Notes under the pieces: generated by a model
Database searches by the model: none
Told to the model about the DNA's origin: nothing
Seen by the model: the letters and a program-made list of their open reading frames with translations, nothing else
Shown here: positions 11,757 through 22,460 of the stretch, in pieces
How positions within the stretch are numbered: position 1 is the stretch's first letter
How the letters are laid out: each line of letters begins with the position of its first letter
Translations under genes and position numbers: made by a program
DNA from: an uncultured Chthonomonadaceae bacterium
GTDB lineage: Bacteria; Armatimonadota; Chthonomonadetes; Chthonomonadales; Chthonomonadaceae
Reading direction: 5' to 3'
DNA length: 64,000 nt
Assembly: GCA_963817895.1 (NCBI GenBank)
Contig: CAWFQB010000005.1
Location: forward strand, 128,001 to 192,000

Positions 11757-13007
11757 TTTGTACGTTTGCTTGAAGCAGGGGCAGGATTTCCTGTATTTCC
11801 GCCTGCTTATGTTTGCGCAGAACGCTACGTTGGGCGGTATTCAGAGCGGTATCGCCTTCGCTGTTTTGCGCGAGTGGATCGGCCCCATATTGAAGCAGCA
11901 GTTTCACCGCCTCTATGTGGCCGTTTGCTGTAGCCATCATCAGGGCGTTAGAAGCAGAACAGCCCTCTTCTCTCGCCATGATTTCAGCGTCGGTAAAGGT
12001 GTTGGCATCGGCTCCATGCTGAAGCAGCAACTTTACAACCTCTGCCTCGCCCCACAAACAGGCTAGCATGAGAGGCGTCCATCCACTTCGACTGCAAACA
12101 TTTGCCTGCGCCCCATGCGTCAACAGCAGCGCGACGGCTTCACGATTGCTCCGGGTACTCGATTGGACGCTTGCGGTCAGCGCGGTTGCGCCGTTGTGAC
12201 TGGCGGCGTTCGGGGCGGCTCCCTGTTCCAGAAGCAAGCGCATTACAGCAACCCACCCATACAAAGCCGCCTGTATCAGCGCGGTCCTACCGTGATGATC
12301 GGCAGCATCAACTGGAGCGCCGTTATCCAGCAAAATCCTGACCATGTCTGTATGGCCGCCGACAGCAGCCCATAACAACGCATTCGTCATCTCCTCCAGA
12401 TTCAGGTCGGCTCCGGCAGCAAGAAGCGCCTGCGCCTGGTCGCAGTCATTGAGCAGCGCGGCTTCTGCTAACCCCACGTCCGCGCCTGCCTCCAGAAGCA
12501 GGCGTACCATATCGCTCTTTACGCTCCATGTCGCCAGCATCAGCGCATTGCCGCCTTCTTCATCGCGCAGGCGCATGTCCGCCCCGTGTTCGATCAAGAC
12601 GGCAGCCACTACCACATTGCCCTGTACTGCCGCATATATCAGCGCGGTTTTTCCCACAGGCAATCCCATCCTGTTGAGAATCGTGACGGCGTTCACATTG
12701 GCGCCGGCTCCCAGGCAGCAGGCGGGCTGTCGCGCCGCTTTCCGCGTTCATCAGAGGTGTCGCGCCCGATTTTGTGGCGTGGTTCGGGTCCGCCCCGGCG
12801 TTTAGCAAAGCGCGAATTACGTCTTGGCGGTCGAACCGCGCCGCGCGATGCAGAGCCGTAAACCCAAAACGGTCAACTGTATTTCGGGTCGGCTCCCTGT
12901 TCCAGCAGAGCCAGAACGGGCGCGTCGTCGCCTTTCTTGCCGAAATGAAAGGCGATAGAAGCAAGATTGCTCGCGTCATAATCTCCAACTTTAACTATTT
13001 CTGCCAT
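11737..13007 (-). CDS. Ankyrin-repeat protein, two frameshifts
   Basis: Repeated GxTAL/TPL..A..G....V.LLL..GAD units over ORFs 12873-13064, 12560-12988 and 11737-12696. Confidence 0.85.
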
Positions 13008-13320
13008 CCCTATCCTGCCTTTATCAGCAATTCTACAATGCTTATGGACAAACCATTTGAACATTGCACAATCCTCAGTCGGCAGGACGGTTGGCCGCAG
13101 GCCTAATAACCGGCATTTTATATGCCGGGGCAGCGCGATTGTCCAATGTTATACTGATTTGTCCATTACTTGACGAAGAGATAAGCGCATTGAATTTATA
13201 GTCCCTCACATAAAGTGAGTTGTTTCCGTTCAGCGCCTACATTGGTGGCAATGCCTTACGAACCACTTGCCCCAATCCGGCGTCGCTGTCTTTAGTATGT
13301 CACGATTTCGTAATCCGTAC

Positions 13321-13348
13321 TACAGCGTTTCCTTAAAAGTACCGAAAT
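13321..13348 (+). promoter_or_regulatory. Putative sigma-28-like promoter of motAB-fliL
   Basis: TACAG-N15-ACCGAAAT, matches the fliK upstream site. Confidence 0.45.
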
Positions 13349-13480
13349 AATATCAGGCCCGCTTGAGTAGAATATTTGTTTTCGTCCCTTCTTTCCAAGC
13401 CATACGCAACCTTCACAGGGTTACGATGAAAAGTCATTTTCCTCATCTCTTATCCGGGCCTTTCAGGAGTGTACGCAAAC

Positions 13481-14272
13481 ATGGATTTCGCAACCGTTAT
13501 CGGTCTGCTGGTGGCGTGGGGCGCGCTGGTCGGATCGCTGCTGATGGAGGGCGGCGACGTTCGCGCGCTCATCAACATTCCCGCCGCGCTGCTGGTATTT
13601 GGCGGCACGTTGGGCGCGGCGACCATCAGTTTTCGCATGAACCAGATTATGGGCCTGCCGGACGTTCTCAAGCGGGCGTTCGACGACTCGGCGCACGATC
13701 CGGCTGAAGTGATTCGGCTATTGGTGCGCTTTGCGGAACGGGCGCGGCGCGAAGGCATGTTGGTTCTGGAAGCCGAAGCGAAGCGCGTGGACGACGCCTT
13801 TTTGCAAAAGGGCATTCGGCTCGCCATTGACGGCACAGACCCGGAAACCGTCCGCGACATTCTGGAAACGGAACTGCACTTTTTACAGTCGCGCCACAAA
13901 ACGGGGGAGAGTATTTTTATCACGCTCGGCGGATTTGCCCCCACGCTCGGCATCATCGGCACGGTCATGGGCCTGATTCACATGCTGGCGAACCTGAGCG
14001 ATCCGGGCAAAATGGGGCCATTAATCGCGGGCGCGTTTATCGCCACGCTGTATGGCGTGTCCAGCGCGAATCTGCTGTTTCTGCCGCTTGCCAACAAACT
14101 GAAAGCCCGTTCGCAGGAAGAGGTCGCCATTCGCGAAGTGATGATCGAGGGCATCTTAGCCATTCAAGCGGGCGACAACCCCCGCATGGTCGACGAAAAA
14201 CTAAAATCGTTTCTCGCCCCCCGCCTGCGCCAAACCGTGCCGAGCGTGGGAAGCGCGGTAATTACAAGGTAG
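13481..14272 (+). CDS. motA: Flagellar motor stator protein MotA
   Basis: MDFATVIG, ARREGMLVLE, APTLGIIGTVMGLI, AFIATLYG, EGILAIQAGDNPR. Confidence 0.95.
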   Translation: MDFATVIGLLVAWGALVGSLLMEGGDVRALINIPAALLVFGGTLGAATISFRMNQIMGLPDVLKRAFDDSAHDPAEVIRLLVRFAERARREGMLVLEAEAKRVDDAFLQKGIRLAIDGTDPETVRDILETELHFLQSRHKTGESIFITLGGFAPTLGIIGTVMGLIHMLANLSDPGKMGPLIAGAFIATLYGVSSANLLFLPLANKLKARSQEEVAIREVMIEGILAIQAGDNPRMVDEKLKSFLAPRLRQTVPSVGSAVITR

Positions 14273-14366
14273 ATGGGTAGATAAGTAGGTAAGTAGATAG
14301 GTAGACCATACAACTACCCATCTACCTATCTACCTATCTACCTATCTACCCATCTACCCATCTACC
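14268..14366. repeat. Inverted octamer (ggtagat(g/a)) tandem-repeat hairpin between motA and motB
   Basis: ggtagatgggtagataagtagg...gtagac followed by (ctaccyat)n, filling the whole intergenic space. Confidence 0.85.
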
Positions 14367-15137
14367 ATGAAAAGACACCAACACACGCCCGACAGCCACC
14401 AGAATCTGGACCGATGGCTGCTGACTTACGCCGACATGATTACCCTCCTGACGGCGTTCTTTTTAATGCTGTATTCCATGTCCGTGATGAGCCGGGGCAA
14501 ATTCAGCGCGCTGGCGACATCCGTGCGCAGCGGGTTCGGCAGCGTCACGCCGGGAGGAACCGGCATTTTGAAGGACGGTTCCGTCGGCAGGTCGTCCGGA
14601 AATCTTTCCGGGGCGGAATACCGCAAATATCAGGACGCGATGGCAGAATTACAGAAATTTGTGGAACAACAGGGTAAGAGCAAAATCGTTCGCGTCCGGT
14701 CGGACGCGCAGGGAGTGACGATTTCGCTGCTTTCGGATGGCCTGCTGTTTGAGCGGGGTTCGGCAACGCTGAAAACCGAAAGCGGCGCGCTGCTCGACCA
14801 TGTGGCGCAGTTGTTGAAAACAATGCCCAACGCTATACAGGTGGAGGGACATACGTGCGACCTGCCCATTCACACGGCTGCTTTTCCTTCCAATTGGGAA
14901 CTGTCAACGGCGCGGGCGGGCGCGATCTTGCGGCATTTCACCGAAGATACGAACGCGCTGCCATCGCAACGGTTTACGTGCGCGGGCTATGCGGATACGC
15001 GCCCGCTTGCCGACAATGATACGGAAGAACACCGGGCGCAGAACCGCCGCGTAGACATCGTGGTGTTGAAAACCGACGCGCAGCGCGACGCGGAAGCCCT
15101 GCGCCGACAGGAAATACGGCGGATACAGGAGAGGTAG
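14367..15137 (+). CDS. motB: Flagellar motor stator protein MotB
   Basis: RWLLTYADMITLL, VEGHT, SNWELSTARA, NRRVDIVVL (OmpA-like domain). Confidence 0.95.
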   Translation: MKRHQHTPDSHQNLDRWLLTYADMITLLTAFFLMLYSMSVMSRGKFSALATSVRSGFGSVTPGGTGILKDGSVGRSSGNLSGAEYRKYQDAMAELQKFVEQQGKSKIVRVRSDAQGVTISLLSDGLLFERGSATLKTESGALLDHVAQLLKTMPNAIQVEGHTCDLPIHTAAFPSNWELSTARAGAILRHFTEDTNALPSQRFTCAGYADTRPLADNDTEEHRAQNRRVDIVVLKTDAQRDAEALRRQEIRRIQER

Positions 15138-15238
15138 GTTGTTAATTGTTAGTTGTTAGGTTGTTAGGTGTTCAGAGAAATGCGACAAGTAACGGTTTAA
15201 CAACAACTAACAACCTAACAACTAACAACTAACAACCT
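15135..15238. repeat. Inverted (ttgttag/ttgttagg) tandem-repeat hairpin between motB and fliL
   Basis: ggttgttaattgttagttgttaggttgttagg ... aacaactaacaacctaacaactaacaactaacaacc. Confidence 0.85.
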
Positions 15239-15260
15239 GTCCTTAAAAGGAATAAATTTT

Positions 15261-15800
15261 ATGTCAGCAAAAGCGGAAAAAACGGACGAAAAGGGCGAGG
15301 GCGCGAAGAAAAAGAAACTGCCCCTGCCCATGATTATAGGCGTGGTGGTTTTGGTGGTCGCGCTATTGGTGGGTAAAAGCGTGATGGGTGGGGGCAAAAA
15401 GCACAAGGGGAAAAAAGAGAAAGTGAAGCAGGAGATGGGAATCTCGCTGCCTCTCGATGAGTTTCTGGTAAATCTGAATGGGAGCGGCGACCACTATCTC
15501 CGGGCGCAAATCTCACTGGGATTGAAAAAAGGGCTGACCGAGGAGCAGGGCAAGGAAGAAGCGGCCCCGATGCGGGACGCTATTCTGAGCGTGTTAAGCA
15601 CCAAGACGCTGGCCGAAATCGCCAAACCCAAAGACCGTGAAGCATTGAAAGAGGAGTTGAAGAAAAAAGTCAACGAAGCCCTGGAAGCCGCCGAACCCAA
15701 AGACAAAGACAAGGATGAGGAAGCCGACGAGAAAGACGCGAAAGAGGGCGGCAAGGAAACGGTTCTGAAAGTGTATTTCACCGCCTTCGCCACGCAATAG
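15261..15800 (+). CDS. fliL: Flagellar basal body protein FliL
   Basis: Single TM helix, LDEFLVNL, HYLR, MRDAILSVLS, VYFTAFATQ. Confidence 0.9.
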   Translation: MSAKAEKTDEKGEGAKKKKLPLPMIIGVVVLVVALLVGKSVMGGGKKHKGKKEKVKQEMGISLPLDEFLVNLNGSGDHYLRAQISLGLKKGLTEEQGKEEAAPMRDAILSVLSTKTLAEIAKPKDREALKEELKKKVNEALEAAEPKDKDKDEEADEKDAKEGGKETVLKVYFTAFATQ

Positions 15801-15900
15801 CGTTTGTAACGCGGGCTTCACGCGCCTTCATTCTGAAAATGGTTTGCGACAGCTTTTTGATAACCCATCGGGTGAGCAGGCGGGATTTCTCCCGCCTGCT

Positions 15901-16566
15901 TTATTGGTGTGTAGTCACGCCGATTTGCGGACACATTTCCAGCAGGGGGCAAGTTGAGCAGTGGGGGCGCGGGCCGGTGCAGATGAATTTGCCGAACGGC
16001 ATGAGCAGGCGGTTGAGATCAATCCAATGCTGACGGGGGAGTTTCGACTCCAGCGCGGCGAGAGTGGCTTCGGGCGTTTTCGTCTGCGCATACCCCCAGC
16101 GATTGGTGACGCGGTGAACGTGAATGTCCACGCCAATAAACGGCTCGTCACACGCGATGCCCATCACAAGATTGGCGCACTTGGGGCCGACGCCGGAAAA
16201 ATTCAGCATCACATCGCGGTTGCAGGGCAATTGCCCGCCGTGTTCCTCAACAATCGTGGCGGCAATGGTTTTCAGTTGATGCGCTTTATTCTCGTGAAAC
16301 GTGCAGCGTGAAATAAGTTCGTCCAGTTCCTCAACGGAAAGCGTAGCCATCTGCGCGGCAGTATGGGCGCGGGCAAACAGGCGGCGCGAGTCCGCGAGCG
16401 TGTCCTCATCCAGTGTGCGAATGGATAAAATACAGGCGACAAGAATTTCAAACGCCGTGCTGTGTCCCTCTTCGGAAAGCGCGAACAGGGCGGCTCTGGG
16501 AAAGGGCGCAAGCGCGGGCGGAATACGGCGCAGGGCTTCCTCAATATCGAACGGCTGTTTCTCCAT
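15901..16566 (-). CDS. nth: Endonuclease III
   Basis: FEILVACILS, GVGPKCANL (HhH), VDIHVHRVTNR, C-x6-C-x2-C-x5-C FeS motif. Confidence 0.9.
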   Translation of the reverse strand: MEKQPFDIEEALRRIPPALAPFPRAALFALSEEGHSTAFEILVACILSIRTLDEDTLADSRRLFARAHTAAQMATLSVEELDELISRCTFHENKAHQLKTIAATIVEEHGGQLPCNRDVMLNFSGVGPKCANLVMGIACDEPFIGVDIHVHRVTNRWGYAQTKTPEATLAALESKLPRQHWIDLNRLLMPFGKFICTGPRPHCSTCPLLEMCPQIGVTTHQ

Positions 16567-16590
16567 GCGGATTTTCCTTTTGTGTAGTAG

Positions 16591-16639
16591 CCCTCAACCC
16601 CCGGCCCCTTCTCCCAAAAATGCCTGGGAGAAGGGGAGG
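16591..16639. repeat. REP-like palindrome (ccctca-ccccc..ccccttctccc..gggagaagggg family)
   Basis: Near-identical inverted copy at 49034-49083; related copies at 22461, 22672 and about 48174. Confidence 0.75.
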
Positions 16640-16689
16640 CGCGTATTTTCATGCTTTTAGGTATGCAAGGCGCATGAATCTGGTTAAGA

Positions 16690-18361
16690 TCATAAAAGAT
16701 GGGTGGTGAGGTAGCGGGTATAGAGGCGGCAGCGGGGGCGCATGTCGGCGGGAGAATCACCGACCATAATGCCCGCGCTGCGCAGACGATGGAAATTCTC
16801 CCGCGATGGAGAGGCCTTGCCGCGCGGCGCGTCGCGCACTACGGCGCACAGTTCAGGGTCACGGGTGAGCAGGGCAAGGATGCGTCGCAGGTGATCCCCG
16901 AACAACCCTTCGTCTTGCTCTGCCTGTGTCTCGAAAGCGTTCAGGGACAGAGGGCGCGTCGCCATCTCATGCAATCCCCGCCGTACAAGGTAAGGATGCC
17001 CGCCCACCAGATCATAGCAGCGATTCTCTTCGGAGGCGTTGCGGAGTGGGGAACCGCAACGGACATTCAGTTCCGCTACCTGCTCCGGGGTGAAGTCGGA
17101 TAGCGCCAGCCGGGTTCCGACATTGAAGGGCGATTGGTTCAGGTCGGTGATGAACAGATAGGCTTCGGTGGCGTAGGTAATGGCAAGTGTCAGCCGCCGC
17201 CAGGGGCCGGTCGGATCGAGAGAGCGCTCGTTGTGCCAGGAGCGAAAGAGCGCGAACACATCGCCGCCGAACGGACACGTAAACAGCCGGTCTACCTCAT
17301 CCAGCCCCCATACGACGGGAGTTTGAATTTTGTTCAGCACTTCGCGCCGTAGAAACCGCTCGAAATTGGCTCCGGGCGCGCGATCGGCGCTCCATACCTG
17401 ACCGGGAGAAACGTCCATATCCAGTTGGTCGGCAATCAGGTGCGCGAGGGCAAAGAAGAAGGCGTCGGAAGTTTCCAGATGGGCGGCGCTGAGTTTCTGG
17501 AAGTCGGTCAGCACCACTCTGTTGCCCATTTCGGCGCGCCTGCTGTAGTCCGCGCGCCAGCAGGCTTGTCTTTCCGACCTGCCGCGCGCCCTTCACCAGA
17601 ACGATGCTGTCCTGCCGCGCCAGAGCAACTTGAAACTCCGCATCCGTAGGCCGCTCGATATAGAAGCGCGAGTTGAGTGGAACCGCGCCGCCGATAGGCT
17701 CCATCGTCTCGGTTGACGCGGTTGAAAGGTTCGGCGTTCTCACTGTTGGCGGCAGGAAATTTAATCTTTGTGGACGTTTCGGGTTGCCGACATCGGCTGT
17801 GGCAAGGCTGAACAGGCGAAGACGAACCCCATGCTTGACTTCACACTCGCCCAGGTCGTGCAGCGCCTCCGTCCACGCGGCAAACTGGCACAGCATTTCG
17901 GCGCTGTTACGAGAAACCAGAATATGCCCCGCATCGCCGCAGTCCATCACCCGCTGCGCGATATTGATGCCGCCGCCCGCTACATTCTCCGTTTCGCCGC
18001 TTCCCTCGCGCGCGACGGGGCCGCTGTGAATACCCATGCGCAGTTGCAGATGTGGATGCCGTTCCCGCAGCGCGCGGGCGATCTCCAGGGCGCACTGCGC
18101 CGGGGCAAGAGGATCGCGCGCAAACACCAGCGCCAACCCGTTGCCCAGATCGTGTTGAAGCAATTCGCCGCGCTGTCCGGCGCGAACACACTCCGGCGCG
18201 GTCTGCGCGATGTCCCGCAGTTCGCGTCGAAGGCGTGTCTGCTCCTCGATGGAGCGCAGCGAATAGCCCACTATATCCACGAACAGCACATGCACCATTT
18301 CGGCCTGTACGCGGGACAAATCATCAGACATATTCCGGTTAGCTCCTGCGAAATCATCCAT
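16690..18361 (-). CDS. Class III adenylate/guanylate cyclase-like domain fused to AAA_35 NTPase, frameshift near 17525
   Basis: [26 protein letters not shown] (cyclase); [43 protein letters not shown] (AAA_35). Confidence 0.8.
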
Positions 18362-18468
18362 ATCGGTGTTCAGGTATTCAGGTATTCAGGTGTTCAGGAC
18401 AATACAAAAGCGCCACATTTAATTTCACGCAGCAAAGCGATAATCCAAATACCTGAACACCGGCATGT

Positions 18469-18759
18469 TCATTTCAGCGTCTCAATCAACTCGGAGAGCG
18501 AGGTGGCGGTGATAGCGCGGTAGAACAGGTTTTCACACCAAGCCGCGTTCTCGGTCGCAATTCGCGCCTTCAGCAACTCGCCAAAAAGCCAGGTTAGCGA
18601 CGACAGCGTCATATGTCGGACCACGGCTTCTCCCTCGTCTCTGCCTTTGCCTCGCAACGCCTCCCTCACGCGCGGATCTCGCGCCCACTTTTGCAAATGC
18701 CCGGTTTCCAGAAACAACTCTTTCAAGTTTTCCAGCGCATCAATGTCCGTATCGCTCAT
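18469..18759 (-). CDS. Hypothetical protein resembling a DUF4351/Rpn-type C-terminal helical segment
   Basis: GRDEGE...LTWLFGEL..RI...RAITATSLSEL pattern; weak similarity only. Confidence 0.35.
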   Translation of the reverse strand: MSDTDIDALENLKELFLETGHLQKWARDPRVREALRGKGRDEGEAVVRHMTLSSLTWLFGELLKARIATENAAWCENLFYRAITATSLSELIETLK

Positions 18760-18834
18760 AGCGTCTCTTCCCATCCATACTCGCGTCAAAAGGCGGGTAT
18801 AATCAAGTTACTATACGCCACAGGAGTTAATACG

Positions 18835-19110
18835 ATGCCTCACGCGAGAATAAGCAGCGAAGACATTGACCGGCGCGGACGTGAATGGTACGAGCAAAAG
18901 CTACGCCCGCTTGTAGAAACGTCCGAAAACATCGGCAAAATCATCTCTATTGATGTCGAAACCGGAGATTATGCTATTGGTGACGACCTGATGAGCGCCG
19001 GTGACGCTGTGCTTGCCCGTCATCCCGGCGCGGCGATGTACGGCGCAAGGATTGGATACAATGCCGTATACGCGGTGGGCGGAACCTTAACGCGAACGGT
19101 CACGCTATGA
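18835..19110 (+). CDS. Small conserved hypothetical protein (DUF5678-like) paired with an aspartic protease
   Basis: GKIISIDVETGDY...RIGYNAVY; AGGAG RBS; TATAAT upstream; ATGA overlap with the next gene. Confidence 0.6.
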   Translation: MPHARISSEDIDRRGREWYEQKLRPLVETSENIGKIISIDVETGDYAIGDDLMSAGDAVLARHPGAAMYGARIGYNAVYAVGGTLTRTVTL

Positions 19111-19469
19111 ACGGTTATGTTTTCGGGCAACAACCCTGCCCCGGCGTCACAATGCTGTTGCAGGGGCGTCAAATTGAAATTGAGTTTGCGGTAGATACCG
19201 GCTTTGAGGGAGCGTTGACACTGCCCATTACGGTCGTCGCTACCCTGAACCTGCCGTTCTACCAGCGTATCAGCGCCAATCTTGCGGACGACAGCAACTG
19301 CATGGTAGACGTTTACACGGCAACCATTCTCTGGCATGGACAGCCGCTGAATGTAGCCGTGCTTGCAATGGGCCAGCGCCCTCTGCTTGGCACATCGCTG
19401 CTCAATGGCAATGATCTCCATATTCGCTTTGAAGATGGCGGCCCACTGACCCTTGATCTGCTCCCGTAA
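19107..19469 (+). CDS. Clan AA (retropepsin-like) aspartic protease, DTGF type
   Basis: AVDTGFEGALTLP and PLLGTSLL motifs. Confidence 0.85.
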   Translation: MNGYVFGQQPCPGVTMLLQGRQIEIEFAVDTGFEGALTLPITVVATLNLPFYQRISANLADDSNCMVDVYTATILWHGQPLNVAVLAMGQRPLLGTSLLNGNDLHIRFEDGGPLTLDLLP

Positions 19470-19587
19470 AGATCGTCTCCAACGGAATTATACGTTGAGC
19501 GTCGTATTCTTGTCAACACAACGCTCAGAACAAGCGCAGGATGTAGCGTCGCTGTCACACCACCAAAATGTACGCTCGGTATATCGT

Positions 19588-19726
19588 CTAAATCATGATT
19601 TCACATGATTTAGAGGATGAGCATGAGGCGCTATTCTGAGCGAAAACCTCTCGCATAAGCGGCATAATTTGGCAATGCGATTCCTCAATCATGCTAATCA
19701 TCTAAATCATGTGAAATCATGGTTCA
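19588..19726. repeat. Inverted 9-mer-periodic repeat element
   Basis: aatcatgatttcacatgatttagaggatgagcatga ... tcatgctaatcatctaaatcatgtgaaatcatg. Confidence 0.65.
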
Positions 19727-19760
19727 GGCAATGCTTCACCTGCGTAACGGGGCATGGGGT

Positions 19761-19883
19761 GTCGCCGGAATGAATTCCTGCGCTGCAAAGAACGATTGTC
19801 CTGCGGACAAAAGCCTCTTCTACAAAGGTTTGTGTCTGCGTAGCAGCCACTCGCTTTGTTCGGCGCAGGAATTCATTCCGGCA
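19761..19883. repeat. REPIN-like inverted pair of double-hairpin units
   Basis: gccggaatgaattcctgcgc ... gcgcaggaattcattccggc. Confidence 0.65.
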
Positions 19884-19911
19884 CACACCATTGGTCTTAA
19901 ATCGAGATTTG

Positions 19912-22425
19912 TCAATCAATCGTATCAGAAAACCACACCTTTACACCATGTAATGTTCCTGTTGCAATCTGCTTTCCATCAGGAGAAAACGCGACCGAAT
20001 AGGCTCCGCCGTCAATGGGCAGAATCAGTGTCTCTTGGCCTGTCTGCGCATCCCAAACGCTCGCCCCACCGCAATCCCCACCCATACCTCCGTTCCATCC
20101 ACTTCCAGTGACGATCCGCTGACTGTCAGGTGAGAAAACGACAGACATGACTTCTAATGTATGATTCACGAGCGTCAGAAGTTCTCGGCCTGTCCGCGCA
20201 TCCCAAATCTTCGCGGTTGCATCTATACCTCCTGTCGCGATTTGCGTTCCGTCAGGTGAGAAGGCGACTGTAGTGCAAGCACCATTCAACGTCAGTTTCT
20301 CCTCGCCTGTCCGCGCATCCCAAATCTTCATGGTCGTCTTTACCCCTCCTGTCGCAATTCGTGTTCCATCAGGTGAGAAGGCGACTGGCCATACAGCCCC
20401 TTTCAGCGTGAGTATCTCTTGGCCTGTCTGCGCATCCCAAACCTTCGCCGTTGTACCCTCGCTAACATCAGTCGCCGTCACGATCTGCTTACCATTGGGA
20501 GAGTAGGCGACGGAGTTGACAGGAATATTCCCTGCACGGAAACCTTTAAGTGTCTGGATCTCCTGGCCTGTCCGCGTATTACAGATCTTTGCCCAAGATG
20601 ATTTCATCGTAAAAGGTCTTGTGTCAATACTATAACAGTCCGTCATGACCATCTGCGTACCATCAGGAGACAAGGCGACTGGATACCAAGCCCCCTTCTG
20701 CGTCATGACCTCCCGACCTGTCTTCATATCCCACACTTTCAACTCACCTGGCTTCGCTGGCTTTAAGGCCTCTTTCACGTTCCTTGATGCAAAAGCGTCC
20801 ATACTTCCCCTAATGATCCGCCGACCATCTGGAGAGAATGCAACCACCGAACGTTCATAACTCTCGGCACCTTTCAACGTTAGTACCGGTCGGTCAACCC
20901 GTGCGCCACGTATCTCCGCCGTTTTGTTATCATTACGTTGGGTCAGAAGATTAAGGCGTTTGAGGCGATTTCAGTAGCCCCACTCAAAACCATGATAGGG
21001 ACGGTACTTTTCCTGATTTGCTTCTTCCAGTAGTTTGCCGATGCGGTCGTACTGCTTCGCCTCGTATGCATCTGAGATCAGTTTCATGTCGGCAAAATAG
21101 GCGGTGCGTTCAGCCTCTTTGCGCTGTTGCTCTGATAGAGCGGACAGGGTTCGTTCCGCCATTGCCGCCTTTTCCGCCTTGATACGGTATCTATGAGCCT
21201 GCTGCTGTGACTGAACAGCCCAAAAAGTCAAGCAACCCATGATACCCACAGCCGCCGATGCCACTGCGCTCGCCCGCATCAACCCCTGCCGATAGGCCGC
21301 TTTCTGCCGTCTCAAATCGGCGTCCGGTTTATGCGTTCGCACCCAGTCACGGTCGAACACACGCGCATAGATGCGGTTGCGGACTTTGAGTTCCCCGCGC
21401 TCTACGCGGACGATTCCCGATAACTTCAGTACGCTTGTCAGCGCGTTGGTTTCATCGTCTGCTACCCGCGCGTTTTGCCGCACTTTCGCGTATAAATCCA
21501 GCAGCGCCGTCAGGTCTACCTCGCTTTGCAGCAGACGGTTGCGCACGAATTGCAGGTTGTCGTCGCTTTCGCTGGCCTTGTGCGCCAGAAACAGGTCCGT
21601 GCATAGTCGGTCCACATCCTCATTCCGCAACGCCGCCGTATCCTCTGCCACCAATCGGCACAGGCGTTGTGTCAGATAGGGATGCCCGCCCGTCCAGTAA
21701 AGGACCCGGTTCAGCAGCGCGTGTCCGTCGCGTTCCGTCACGCTGATTCCCACCGACAGCGGGGCCGCTTCCTCCGGCGTAAAGTCGGTCAACTCGATTC
21801 GACGCCCGATGTTGAAGGGCGTCATCAGGGTGTTCTGAATCAGGTCGTTGGGCGTCGCCACACCGAGCAGGCAGAACGTCAGCCGTTCGTACTGCGGTTC
21901 CTGCGCCCGCCGGTTGTAGCACTCCCGAATGGCTGCGAAGAACTCGTCCGTGGAAAACGGCAGCGAACGCACGATGTCAATCTCATCCACGAACACCACA
22001 ATTTGTTGGGAACGCTGGCTGAGTGCCACATCTCGGATCGCCGCCATCCAGCGCTGCATCGGCCCCAAACTCTTGTGCGCCTGCCAGTAGTCGTCCAGTT
22101 CGTCTTCCAGCCGCAAATGCCGCCCCAACTGTTCCAGCAGGCCGTAGTACCACTGTTCCACCAAAAGGTTCTGGCCCAGCGCGGTGAGATCGAGAACCGC
22201 AACCGCAACGCCCTCTTCGCGCAATCGGTTGGCCGTCCGAACCATGAGGGAGGATTTGCCCATCTGCCGCGACGTTAGCACGTAGCAGAACTGCCCGCCT
22301 CGCAATCCTTCCAGAAGGTTGTGATCGGCCTGCCGGGTGACATACGAGGGCGCGTCACCGGGCAGCGTTCCGCCGGGAATAAAGAAGGGCCGATTGCCGA
22401 CAACAGATAGATCGCTTGGTTTCAT
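19912..22425 (-). CDS. AAA_35 NTPase - TM helix - coiled coil - WD40 protein, one in-frame TGA at 20971-20973
   Basis: GGTLPGDAPSYVTR, TSRQMGKSSL, FVDEID, TPFNIG, GGHPYLTQ; GFEWGY*NRL reads in frame into VAFSPDG..KIWDA repeats; GGAGG RBS at ATG 22425. Confidence 0.85.
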
Positions 22426-22460
22426 AACATCCTCCATGAAATCGTTCATTGTGACTGAGA

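Noticed and set aside
13262..13330. Second riboswitch-like stem (cgctgt..agta..tact..acagcg)
   Set aside because: Forms an imperfect hairpin but matches no aptamer I recognise and overlaps the putative sigma-28 site
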